From Octopus sinensis (lineage: Eukaryota): a stretch of DNA of 64,000 nucleotides. Where the stretch lies: NCBI RefSeq assembly GCF_006345805.1, contig NC_042997.1, positions 206,398,001 to 206,462,000 of the forward strand, written 5' to 3'. This document shows, one piece after another, positions 50,994-60,046 of this stretch (the stretch's first letter is position 1; each line of letters starts with the position of its first letter). The notes beneath the pieces are model-generated. The model had not been told where the DNA came from, searched no databases, and saw only the letters and a list, made by a program, of their open reading frames with translations. The translations under genes were made by a program, and so were the position numbers.

Positions 50994-52852
50994 AAAAGGC
51001 AGGTTGTATGATGCATGTGTTTGAAAAACAATACAACAAAGTAGTGAGATGTGGCCTACAAATGGTGATGTGAAAATCAAAGAGAACTGAAACTAGCATG
51101 CTCTGGAGGATGTACAACATCAGTGTGCATATACAACAAAGTGCTATAGTCTTGAAAGAAAAGTTAAGTGCCAGAAGAATCAAATGTGATGTGTAGAAGA
51201 GATTATTGTGTTAGTTTGGTCATGTGATGCTTATGGAGGGGGACAGCTGCACGAACAAGTGCTAGTCACTCAAAGTGGGTGGAATTTATGAAAAAGGGAG
51301 GCCCAGGAGGACATGAGAGGAAATAGTGAAGGCTGATCTCAAGATGTTGAGCCTCACAGAGGAGATGATAAAGAACTCAGATGACAAGTGATTCACTGTG
51401 TTTGAAAAGACTCATCATCCAACACAGCAAAAATGATGTCTAGAAAGTATTCTTGTTATGATTGTAACCCATCCTGCCCCATCAAGCATTCTCCCAACAC
51501 CCAGCCCTCCATCACTCCACATATTATCCTCCTCCTCCTCCTCCTCCTCCTCCCATGCTACTTCACCAATCACTTTTCTTTGCCTTTAGTTTTTCTCTCT
51601 CCTTTGCCACATTCCATTCCATTTCATTAAGACATCTCACCTATCTGCTTTCACCCTCAGCACCCTCTCATTTATGCCATCACACCCCACTCACTCTAGC
51701 CACCCCGTAGATACTGCTACATCTCCCTATTTTCCATTCCTAAACATTGCACACCACTGCCCTCCCCCCATCAATCTTTTGGTCTGTCTCTCACCTAACC
51801 CCCCCTCTACCATACAAACATTCCCTATCAACTGAACCTTCTCTTTCCTACCCACCCCACATTTCTAACCACCAGCCACTCTCCCCTCACATATACAAGA
51901 ACCCCTTCCTTCCCTGAACCTCTCTCTCCTCTCCTATATTCCTCTTCCTGTCCCCTAAGAGTCTGCTCTATCACTGCATCACTATCATCTCCTCCCAACT
52001 ACCCCCAGCCACCCCTAGATAATGTGTGGTACCCATGTATTCCCCTCTGTAGCAAAACATCAATGCTTCTCCCCCAGTCATACTTTAAGCTTTAGCATAA
52101 ACCCACTTCCTTCTTCCCTCCAATACTCACCTCCCCCGCCCACGTCCCTCACTTCATATCAGGAGTTTTTCCTTTCTTCATTCTTCTCTCTTTCTACCTT
52201 GCAAGTTACTTGACAACCTCACTTGTGCTGGTGGGTCAAGAAAGAAAAAGTACCCAGTGCCTTTCTCTGTAAAGTGGTGGGTATTAGGAACGGCATCCAG
52301 CCACAGACTCTATGCCACAACAGACGACTGGAGATCACCATAGCCCTGTGGCTTGCCAGAGCCTCTCAAACTGTCCACTCTATGCTAGCATAAAAAAAAA
52401 GCAAACTTTATATGATGATGATAACGATGATGACAATGATCTGTATCATTTCTAGAATTAATTTGGTTTTTTATTTTATCTTTTCAGAAGCCGAATTTAA
52501 AGAGTATTGGTACAGATCATGAAGTCCAGATTTCTATCAGGGACAAAATTGAAATTCATGGCAGACATTCTCATGTAAAAAATGCTAAACTTGATGTCCA
52601 ATCATTATTAATGGAATACAAAGAGGCTGATGAGGAAATCATTTTTAAAGACATTGCACAATGGTCTTACTTTGATGAAAATAATCCAGAAAACATAAGA
52701 ATGTTTAGTGACAAAGAAAATGCCATGCTTGAGAAAGCATACTCACTGGGAAAAAGATTCCTTAATTTGAAGAAAATAAAATATGATATTAAGAAAATGT
52801 GTTTTCAACACGAAGGGAGGAAATTTAAAATGAAGAGAAAACAAAACCTAAG
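12857..52852 (+). CDS. PARP14: PARP14-like macro-PARP (partial, 10 exons in window: macro-macro-KH-like-WWE; N-terminus and ART domain outside window)
   Basis: Manual splicing 12857-12993, 13275-13502, 14113-14337, 28427-28508, 31200-31336, 31618-31845, 32456-32680, 39760-39841, 48018-48199, 52488-52852 gives 1891 nt with no stop and compatible phases (1|0|0|0|1|0|0|0|1|0). Macro motifs: [30 protein letters not shown]. The C-terminal part parallels the PARP14 KH-WWE region ([21 protein letters not shown] ... AQWSYFDE ... ENAMLEKAY). Orthology versus PARP9/15-like is not established. Confidence 0.85.
13275..13502 (+). CDS. PARP14: Exon B (module 1): macrodomain core [35 protein letters not shown]...[17 protein letters not shown]
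   Basis: ttttgtag|GTT, TCA|gtaagt, 228 nt, phase 0 to 0, open; macrodomain motif. Confidence 0.92.
14113..14337 (+). CDS. PARP14: Exon C (module 1): macrodomain C-half [36 protein letters not shown]...[15 protein letters not shown]
   Basis: tttttttag|ATT, AAG|gttggt, 225 nt, phase 0 to 0; SLAFP motif. Confidence 0.92.
14373..15689 (-). mobile_element. RTE LINE, 5'-truncated, decayed
   Basis: [15 protein letters not shown]...[12 protein letters not shown]...[14 protein letters not shown]; (CAT)n tail. Confidence 0.9.
16199..20240 (-). mobile_element. Tx1/L1-clade LINE, decayed ORF2 (APE, RT, CCHC)
   Basis: [40 protein letters not shown]; [28 protein letters not shown]; [18 protein letters not shown]; 3' AATAAA then (TCTG/TCTA)n. 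Confidence 0.92.
20714..20991. mobile_element. About 280-bp near-perfect foldback element
   Basis: About 120-bp inverted arms starting ttgtagcatagctctgtgatatcctcactgtttgagag and ending ctctcaaacagtgaggatatcacagagctacactacaa. Confidence 0.85.
21181..26150 (-). mobile_element. Second Tx1/L1-clade LINE with ORF1 remnant, decayed
   Basis: [21 protein letters not shown]; RT fragments; ORF1 zinc knuckle [18 protein letters not shown]; 3' end at (GATA/GACA)n. Confidence 0.88.
23421..23872. mobile_element. Insertion in Tx1 RT: right arm of the foldback family plus about 280 bp of unrelated sequence
   Basis: Flanked by gaatgtag / gcatgtag; splits LPY|LYCHMPD; 23700-23872 matches 20820-20991. Confidence 0.65.
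27297..28372 (+). mobile_element. Internally deleted piggyBac element
   Basis: TTAA|CCCTTTCGTTAC ... GTAACGAAAGGG|TTAA; transposase N-terminal remnant [13 protein letters not shown]; empty paralogous site at 39706. Confidence 0.95.
28427..28508 (+). CDS. PARP14: Exon D (module 1): last macro helix and linker [27 protein letters not shown]
   Basis: ttttgcag|GAA, AAAG|gtaaac, 82 nt, phase 0 to 1; exactly bridges exon C to exon A'. Confidence 0.8.
28590..29390 (-). mobile_element. R4/Dong-like RLE retrotransposon 3' fragment (internal deletion)
   Basis: [45 protein letters not shown]. Confidence 0.85.
29405..30860 (-). mobile_element. R4/Dong-like RLE retrotransposon fragment, different subfamily, between ATT arrays
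   Basis: [51 protein letters not shown]. Confidence 0.85.
31200..31336 (+). CDS. PARP14: Exon A' (module 2)
   Basis: Copy of exon A at offset +18343, 2 nt differences, splice sites intact. Confidence 0.85.
31618..31845 (+). CDS. PARP14: Exon B' (module 2)
   Basis: Copy of exon B, 3 nt differences (S>A, S>P), splice sites intact. Confidence 0.9.
32456..32680 (+). CDS. PARP14: Exon C' (module 2)
   Basis: Copy of exon C, 2 nt differences (one silent, L>V), splice sites intact. Confidence 0.9.
32716..34329 (-). mobile_element. RTE LINE, 5'-truncated
   Basis: RT C-half and 3' UTR; shares private variants with 14373-15689. Confidence 0.9.
34330..36620 (+). mobile_element. RTE LINE, 5'-truncated, head-to-head with the previous copy
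   Basis: [47 protein letters not shown]; YADD; (GAT)n tail. Confidence 0.92.
34514..34629 (+). repeat. 29-bp tandem repeat x4 inside RTE
   Basis: gataaagcaattaaggatatgaagactga repeated. Confidence 0.95.
36830..38220 (-). mobile_element. Two Tx1 fragments separated by a (GATA/CATA)n array (about 37430-37697)
   Basis: [24 protein letters not shown] homologous to the C-terminus of the other Tx1 copies. Confidence 0.8.
38723..39900 (+). repeat. Duplicated exon D region, copy 2
   Basis: Matches 26309-28560; single TTAA at 39706-39709 where copy 1 has the transposon. Confidence 0.93.
39760..39841 (+). CDS. PARP14: Exon D' (module 2) [27 protein letters not shown]
   Basis: ttttacag|AAA, AAAG|gtaaac, 82 nt, 3 non-synonymous differences from D. 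Confidence 0.8.
39940..42790 (-). mobile_element. R4/Dong-like RLE retrotransposon, long decayed copy
   Basis: N-terminal [19 protein letters not shown]; RT MDDLKL; [39 protein letters not shown]. Confidence 0.9.
42823..44090 (-). mobile_element. piggyBac fragment, same family as 27297, opposite orientation, one TIR
   Basis: TTAA|CCCTTTCGTTACTATATTTCTGACC; transposase remnants [14 protein letters not shown] and [24 protein letters not shown]; other TIR not found. Confidence 0.8.
44110..44640 (-). mobile_element. R4/Dong-like N-terminal ORF fragment
   Basis: [38 protein letters not shown]. Confidence 0.7.
45070..45760 (-). mobile_element. Gypsy-type LTR retrotransposon gag fragment
   Basis: [61 protein letters not shown]. 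Confidence 0.75.
45985..46550 (-). mobile_element. R4/Dong-like N-terminal ORF fragment
   Basis: [32 protein letters not shown]. Confidence 0.7.
46701..47306 (+). mobile_element. Solo LTR (606 bp)
   Basis: ccag|TGTA...TACA|ccag (4-bp TSD), internal AATAAA near 47168, CpG-rich 5' half. Confidence 0.85.
48018..48199 (+). CDS. PARP14: Exon E: acidic linker plus KH-like segment (D)[60 protein letters not shown]
   Basis: atttcag|AT, CGA|gtaagt, 182 nt, phase 1 to 0; open; resembles the PARP14 post-macro region. Confidence 0.8.
48545..49330 (-). mobile_element. RTE LINE 5' fragment (AP endonuclease)
   Basis: [54 protein letters not shown]. Confidence 0.92.
50040..51430 (+). mobile_element. Heavily decayed RTE LINE with internal (TC)n
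   Basis: gtatttgttgacctggagaaagccttt, YADD-like atgctgatgac, C-terminal remnants. Confidence 0.75.
52488..52852 (+). CDS. PARP14: Exon F: KH-like plus WWE domain KPNLKSIG...[32 protein letters not shown]...KMKRKQNL(R)
   Basis: ttttcag|AAG acceptor; donor AG|gtatgg (alternative G|gtacgt after 52857); WWE-type W..F....N..LE.AY pattern. Confidence 0.85.
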
Positions 52853-52923
52853 GTATGGTACGTGCATATTTTTTTTACTATAAAGACGTTCTTGCTTGTT
52901 TTTTGTTGTCTTTTTATCAGTAA

Positions 52924-53309
52924 CTAGCAGTATCGCCCGGCGTTGCTCGGGTTTGTAAGGGAAATAACTATATAAGCATTTTTAGAGAGTTATAGCCAAA
53001 AAATGCATTAAAAATGGAAAAAAAATGATTGTAAATATTTTTTTAAATTGTTGACTCATCGTAGACATTTTTAGAGAGTTACTTCCCTTATATAATAGCG
53101 AAAAAATGCATTAAAATGGAAAAAAATGATGGTAAATGTTTTTTAAATCGTAGACTCATCGTAGACGCGCGCTAATACCCAGAAGGGCTGGATATGAATC
53201 ACGACTATAAGATACCCGGTTTTGGTTAAGCTGCACCGCAAAATGTGGTAGTAGTTAGGAATCTAAATCGTAGGAGACAGACACACAACTTCACTTTTAT
53301 ATATAAAGA
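52924..53309 (-). mobile_element. Non-autonomous Helitron, same family as 8231-8709
   Basis: A|TCTTTATATAT...CCCGAGCAACGCCGGG...CTAG|T. Confidence 0.82.
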
Positions 53310-53329
53310 TAACTGTTGGTTGGTTGGTT

Positions 53330-54960
53330 TCTCTAGTCACACTTTACATTGTACAAAGAGAGAGAGAGAAAAGAGCAACAAACAGAGGGAGAGAGGAGAA
53401 CTATAGAGATAGAGGGATACAAGAATGCTTCCGTAAGAGATAGATAGAAAAGAGCTACATAGACAGAGAGGGGGGGGGAGAAGAGAGCAAATGAGAGTGG
53501 GCAAGAAGAGAGCTACAGTGAGAGGGAAAAGTGTGCAAAAGAGGGTGGGGATGAAGAGAGGGTTAGAAAGAAGCTACAAAGAGAGAGGGGAAGAGAGCAA
53601 CTGAGAGAAGGAAGAAGAGAACTACAGAGAGATAGAGAGAGAAAAGAGCTACAGAGAGAAGGAAGAAGAGAGCTACTGAGGGAGAGAAGGAAAGCGCTAC
53701 AGAAAGAGGAGGAGATGAAAACAACAGAAAGCGGCTCAGAATAAAGCTACAAAGAGAGGGGAGAAGAGAGCTACAGAGAGAAGGGAGAAGAGAGCTACAG
53801 AGAGAGAGGAGAGAAAAGAGCTACAGAGAGAGAGAAGAGAAGAGAGCTACAGAGAAAGGAGTAGAAGAGAACAACAGAAATGGGTCAGAAGAGAGCTACA
53901 GAAAGAGATGAGAAGAGAGCTAGAGAGAAATGGGAGAAGAAAGCTATGGAGGGAGGGGGAGAAGAGTACAACCAGGAGAGGGTCAGAATAAAGCTACAGA
54001 GAGAGAGGGGGGGAGAAAAGAGCTACATGAAGAGAGGAGAAGCGAGCTAGAGAGAGAAAGGAATAGAGCTACAGAGAGTGGGGAGAAGGAAACAACAGAG
54101 AGGGGACAAGAAGAGAGCTACAGCGAGAGGGAAAAGAAAGCAACAGCATGAGGGTGAGGAGAGCTACAGAAAGATGATCAGAAGTAAACTACAAAGAGAG
54201 GAGAGAAGAGAGCTACAGAGAGAGACAAGAAGAGATCTACACAGAGAGAGGAGAAAAGAACTACAGAGATAGGGAAGAATAGAGCAGAGCTACAGAGAGT
54301 GAGTAGGACGATAACAGAAAAAGGGTCAGAAGAAAGCTACAGAGTAAGGGGGGAAAGAGCTACAGGGAAAAGGGAGAAGAAAGCTATAAAGCAAGGGAAG
54401 AAGAGAGCTACAAAGAGAAGGGAGAGCTATAGAGAAGTATAAGAAAAGAGCTACAGAGAGAGTGGAGAAGAAAGCTTCAGTGAGAGGCTAGAAGAGAGCA
54501 GTGGAAAGAGGGTAAAAAACGCTACAGTGAAAGAGGGTCATAAGAGAGCTACAGAGAGTGAGGAAAATTAGTTACCGAGAGAGAGAAAGAGAGAAGAGAG
54601 TTACATAGAGTGGGAGAGAAGATAACAACAGAAAGGTCAGAAGAAAGCTACAGGGAGAGAGAAGAAGAGAACTACTGATGAAGTGTTAGGAGAAAGCTAC
54701 AGTGGCAAGAAGCGAGCTACAGAGAGAGAGAAGAGGAGAGCTACAGAGAGATGGGAGAATAGAGCTACAATGAGTGGGAAAGAAGAAAGAAGGTCAGAAG
54801 AAAGCTATAGGAGTGTCAGGAGAAAGCAACAGAGAGAGGGAAGAAGGGAGTTACAGAGGGAGGGGAAAGAGCTACAGAGAGGGGAGAAAAGAGCAACTGA
54901 GAGTGGGGAGAAGAGAGCAACAGAAAGAGGGGAGGAGAGAACTACAGAGAGTGGGGGGGA
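53330..54960 (+). repeat. Degenerate purine-rich minisatellite (core GAAGAGAGCTACAGAGA)
   Basis: AGCTACA core recurring every 20-45 bp in an almost all-A/G strand. Confidence 0.9.
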
Positions 54961-55060
54961 NNNNNNNNNNNNNNNNNNNNNNNNNNNNNNNNNNNNNNNN
55001 NNNNNNNNNNNNNNNNNNNNNNNNNNNNNNNNNNNNNNNNNNNNNNNNNNNNNNNNNNNN
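54961..55060. other. Assembly gap (100 N)
   Basis: Run of N. Confidence 1.
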
Positions 55061-55079
55061 TATTCTTCTTCTTCTTGTT

Positions 55080-55110
<31 letters not shown>

Positions 55111-55315
55111 TTATTATTATCATTCCACTTGTAATTATTACTTCTAATAATTCTACTTATTATTATTATATTCATTATTCTTCTTCTACTTATTATTATA
55201 TCATCATCATCAGTATCATCTTTCTTCTTATATTATCTTATTATATTCTTATTATTATTATTCTTAATATTATTATTATTATTATTATTATATTATTATT
55301 ATTATTATTATTATT

Positions 55316-55828
55316 CTATGTTTGACTTTTGCTTTATATGTGTACAAGTTGGCTCCAAGTCTCACCCAGAAGACCTCAAGAGGACAAACAGGGTTGGAAG
55401 TTCATGTGTTGTTATGCCTAGTGTGCCATATATTTGGGGGGTGGGGATGTTGTACTAATGATGTCTAAAACAAAAAATTAAAAAAAATTTTTTTTTTTTT
55501 AAACCGAAAAATTATGTTGTTTTAAACTTGAGATTACATAGAAGAGTATTTTGCGTAGGATATGAGCAGTTCCCATGAGCACTATCTTTTGAACTTCTGC
55601 CTATTTTGGGTTTCCTGGTATCTGAGTTAGGTAGCTATCAGCCCCTTTCCTATCATTCACAGGGCACCTATGACAAAAGGTATTGTTTTAGTCTGCTTCA
55701 AACTTCCACATTTTGATGATTTCTATTTCAAGATCTTATATTTGCTCAGTTTTTGGTAGTAGGTCTTGACAGATACGTTTATATCGATTGGGACAGTCAT
55801 ATCAATGAGGAGGCATGTTCTTTGTTTG
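55316..55828 (-). mobile_element. Short 5'-truncated R4/Dong-like RLE fragment embedded in a TAT array
   Basis: Indel-rich copy of 57825-58323. Confidence 0.8.
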
Positions 55829-55915
55829 ATTATTATTATTATTATTAATTATTATTCTTTTTATTATTATTATTATTATTCTCATTCTTATTCTTAGTAT
55901 TATCATTATTTTTAC

Positions 55916-55947
<32 letters not shown>

Positions 55948-57117
55948 TATTATTATTATTATTCTACTTCTTCTTCTTCTTCTTCTTCTTCTTATTATTA
56001 TTATTATTATTATTATTCTTATTATTATTTTTATTTTTATTATTATAATTATTATTACTTTTATTCTTAATATTCTTCTTTTTGTTATTATTTTTAGTCT
56101 TCTTCTTCTTATTATTATTATTATTCCTCTTATTATTATTCTTGTTATTATTATTATCATTCTTCTTCTTATTATTATTATTATTGTTATTATTAATATT
56201 CTCATTATTATTCTTATTATTCTTCTTTTTATTATTATTATTATTTTATTATTATTATTATTCTTTTTCTTATTATTATTATCATTATTATTATGCTTAT
56301 TATAATTATAATTATTTTTATTATTATTATTCTTCCTCTTATTATTATTATTATTATTATTATTATTTTATTATTACTCTTCTTCTTCTTCTTCTTATCA
56401 TATTATTATTATTATATTATTATTATTATAATTATTATTATTATTATTATTATTTTTATTATTTCTTATATTCTAATTCTTCTTCTTCTTCTTAGTCTTA
56501 TTTTTATTATTATTATGATTATCATTATCATTATTATTATTATTATTTTACGATTCTTCTTCTTATTCTTCTTGTTCTTCTCTTCTTCTTCATTCTTCTT
56601 CTTCTTCTTCTTATTATTATTATTATAATTATTATTGTTATTATTATTCTTGTTATAATTATTATTTTTTCTATTCTTCCCCTTATTATTGTTCTTATTA
56701 TTATCCTTATTATTACTATTATTTTATTATTATTATTATTATTATATTATTATCATTCTTCTTCTTAATATTATTATTATTCTCATTATCATCATCATCA
56801 TCTTATTATTATTATTAATTTTTTTATTATTACTATTATTTGTATTCTTCTTATAATTCTTCTTCTTCTTATTCTTATTATTATTCTTCTTATTATTATT
56901 CTTATTGTTATTCTTCTTCTTCTTCGTCTTCTTCTTCTTCTTCTTCTATTATTATTATTATTATAATATTATTTTAATATTAAGATGTTATGAAGATTAT
57001 TATTATTATTATTATTATTATTTTATTATCATCATCATCATTCTTCGTATATATTATTCTTCTTCTTATATTCTTCTATTATACTTATTATTTTTATTAT
57101 TATTTTTATTATTATAA

Positions 57118-57158
<41 letters not shown>

Positions 57159-57824
57159 TTTATTCTTCTTCTTTTTCTTCTTCTTCTTTTTATTATTATT
57201 ATTATTATATCTATTATTATTATTATTAATATCATCATCACTCTTATTTTTCTTCTTCTCCTTCTTCTTCTTATTATTATTCTTATTATTTTTATTATTA
57301 TTATTATTGTTCTTATTATTATTATGATTCTTATTATTATTTTTATTTGTATTATTATTATTTTTATTACTAATATTATTTTTATTATTATTATCATCAT
57401 TCTTTTTCTTCTTCTTCTTCTTCTTATTTTTATTATTATTCTTATTCTTCTTATTCTTATTATTATTCTCCTTCTTCTTCTTCTTCTTCTTCTTCTTCTT
57501 CTTCTTCTTTATTATTATTATATTATATTTCTATTCTTATTCTTATTCTTATTCTTCATCTTATTATTTTTATTCTTCTTCTTCTTGTTATTATTATTAT
57601 TATTCTCATTATTTTTATTCTTATTATTATTATCATTCCACTTCTAATTATTACTTCTAATAATTCTACTTATTATTATTCTTATTCTTATTCTTCTTCT
57701 ACTTATTATTATTATCATCATCATCAGTATCATCTTTCTTCTTATTATTATTCTTATTAATATTCTTCTTCTTCTTCTTATTATTATTATTATTCTTATT
57801 ATTCTTAATATTATTATTATTATT

Positions 57825-58323
57825 CTACGTTTGACTTTTGCTTTATATTTGTACAAGTTGGCTCCAAGTCTCACCCAGAGACCTCATGAGACAACAGGGG
57901 TTGGAAGTTCATGTTGTTTTATGCTAGTTGCCATATATTTGGGGGGGTGGGGATGTTGTACTAATGAATGCTAAAATGAAAATTATAAAAAATTTTTTTT
58001 TTTAACCGAAAATTATGTTGTTTTTTAAAACCTTGAGATTACATAGAGAGTATTTTGCGTAGGATATGAGCGTTCCCATGAGCACTATCTTTTGAACTTC
58101 TGCCTATTTTGGGTTTCTGGTATCTGAGTTAGGTAGCTATCAGCCCTTTGCTATCATTCCCAGGGCACCTATGACAACAGGTATTGTTTTAGTCTTCAGC
58201 TTCCACATTTTGCTGATTTCTATTTCAAGATCTTTATATTTGCTCAGTTTTTGGTAGGTCTTGACAGATATGTTTATATCGATTGGGACAGTCATATCAA
58301 TGAGGAGGCATGTTCTTTGTTTG
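57825..58323 (-). mobile_element. Short 5'-truncated R4/Dong-like RLE fragment embedded in a TAT array
   Basis: KQRTCLLIDMTVPIDINISVKTYQKLSKYKDLEIEISKMWKLKTKTIPVVIGALG. Confidence 0.85.
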
Positions 58324-58354
<31 letters not shown>

Positions 58355-58446
58355 TTTTTATTATTATTATTATTATTCTCATTCTTATTCTTAGTATTAT
58401 CATTATTTTTACTATTATTATTATTTTATTATTATTATTATTATTC

Positions 58447-58485
<39 letters not shown>

Positions 58486-58831
58486 TTATTATTATTATTA
58501 TTCTTATTATTATTTTTATTTTTATTATTATAATTATTATTACTTTTATTCTTAATATTCTTCTTTTTGTTATTATCTTTAGTCTTCTTCTTCTTCTTAT
58601 TAATATTATTCCTCTTATTATTATTCTTGTTATTATTATTATCATTCTTCTTCTTATTATTATTATTATTGTTGTTATTATTAATATTCTCATTATTATT
58701 CTTATTATTCTTCTTTTTATTATCATTGTTATTTTATTATTATTCTTATTCTTTTTCTTATTATTATTATCATTATTATTATGCTTATTATAATTATAAT
58801 TATTTTTATTATTATTATTCTTCCTCTTATT

Positions 58832-58862
<31 letters not shown>

Positions 58863-58886
58863 CTCTTCTTCTTCTTCTTCTTCTTA

Positions 58887-58936
<50 letters not shown>

Positions 58937-59195
58937 TTTATTATTCTTATTATAATTCTTATTCTTCTTCTTCTTCTTCTTCTTCTTCTTTCTTATTATT
59001 ATTATTATTATTATTTTACTTATTCTTCTTCTTATTCCTCTTTTCTCTTTTCTTCTTCTTCTTCTTCTTCTTCTTCTTATTATTATTATTATTTATTATT
59101 ATAATTATTATTATTGTTATTATTATTCTTGTTATAATTATTATTTTTTCTATTCTTCCCCTTATTATTGTTATTATTATTATCCTTATTATTAC

Positions 59196-59228
<33 letters not shown>

Positions 59229-59595
59229 CATTCTTATACTTAATATTATTATTATTCTCATTATCATCATCATCATCTTATTATTATTATTGTTAATTTT
59301 TTATTATTACTATTATTTGTATTCTTCTTATAATTCTTCTTCTTCTTCTTCTTATTCTTATTATTATTCTTCTTAATATTATTCTTATTGTTATTCTTCT
59401 TCTTCTTCTTCTTCGTCTTCTTCTTCTTCTTCTTATTATATTATTATTATTATTAATATTATTTTTAATATTAATATTTTTATGAATATATTATTATTAT
59501 TATTATTATTATTATTATCATCATCATCATTCTTCGTATCATTATTATTCTTCTTATTATTATTCTTCTTATTATACTTATTATTTTTATTATTA

Positions 59596-59638
<43 letters not shown>

Positions 59639-60046
59639 TTTATTTTTATTCTTCTTCCTTTTCTTCTTCTTCTTTTTATTATTATTATTATTATATCTAT
59701 TATTATTATTATTAATATCATCATCACTCTTTTTTTATTTTCTCTTCTTCTTCTATTATTATTCTTATTATTTTTATTATTATTATTATTATTATTGTTC
59801 TTATTATTATTATGATTCTTCTTATTATTTTTATTTGTATTATTATTATTTTTATTACTAATATTATTTTTATTATTATTATCATCATTCTTTTTCTTCT
59901 TCTTTTTATTATTATTATTATTATTTTTATTATTCTTGTTATAATTTTTAATATTCTTATTAAGATTATTGTTATTATTATATTATTATTTTATATTATT
60001 ATTATTAATATTATTACTATTAATATTATTATGATATATTATTATT

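Larger units (their letters stand above)
55061..60046. repeat. Degenerate (TAT)n/(TCT)n microsatellite field arranged as two about 2.5-kb tandem copies
   Basis: Unique landmarks (tatcattccactt, RLE fragment, atcatcatcactct) recur at about +2.5 kb. Confidence 0.85.
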
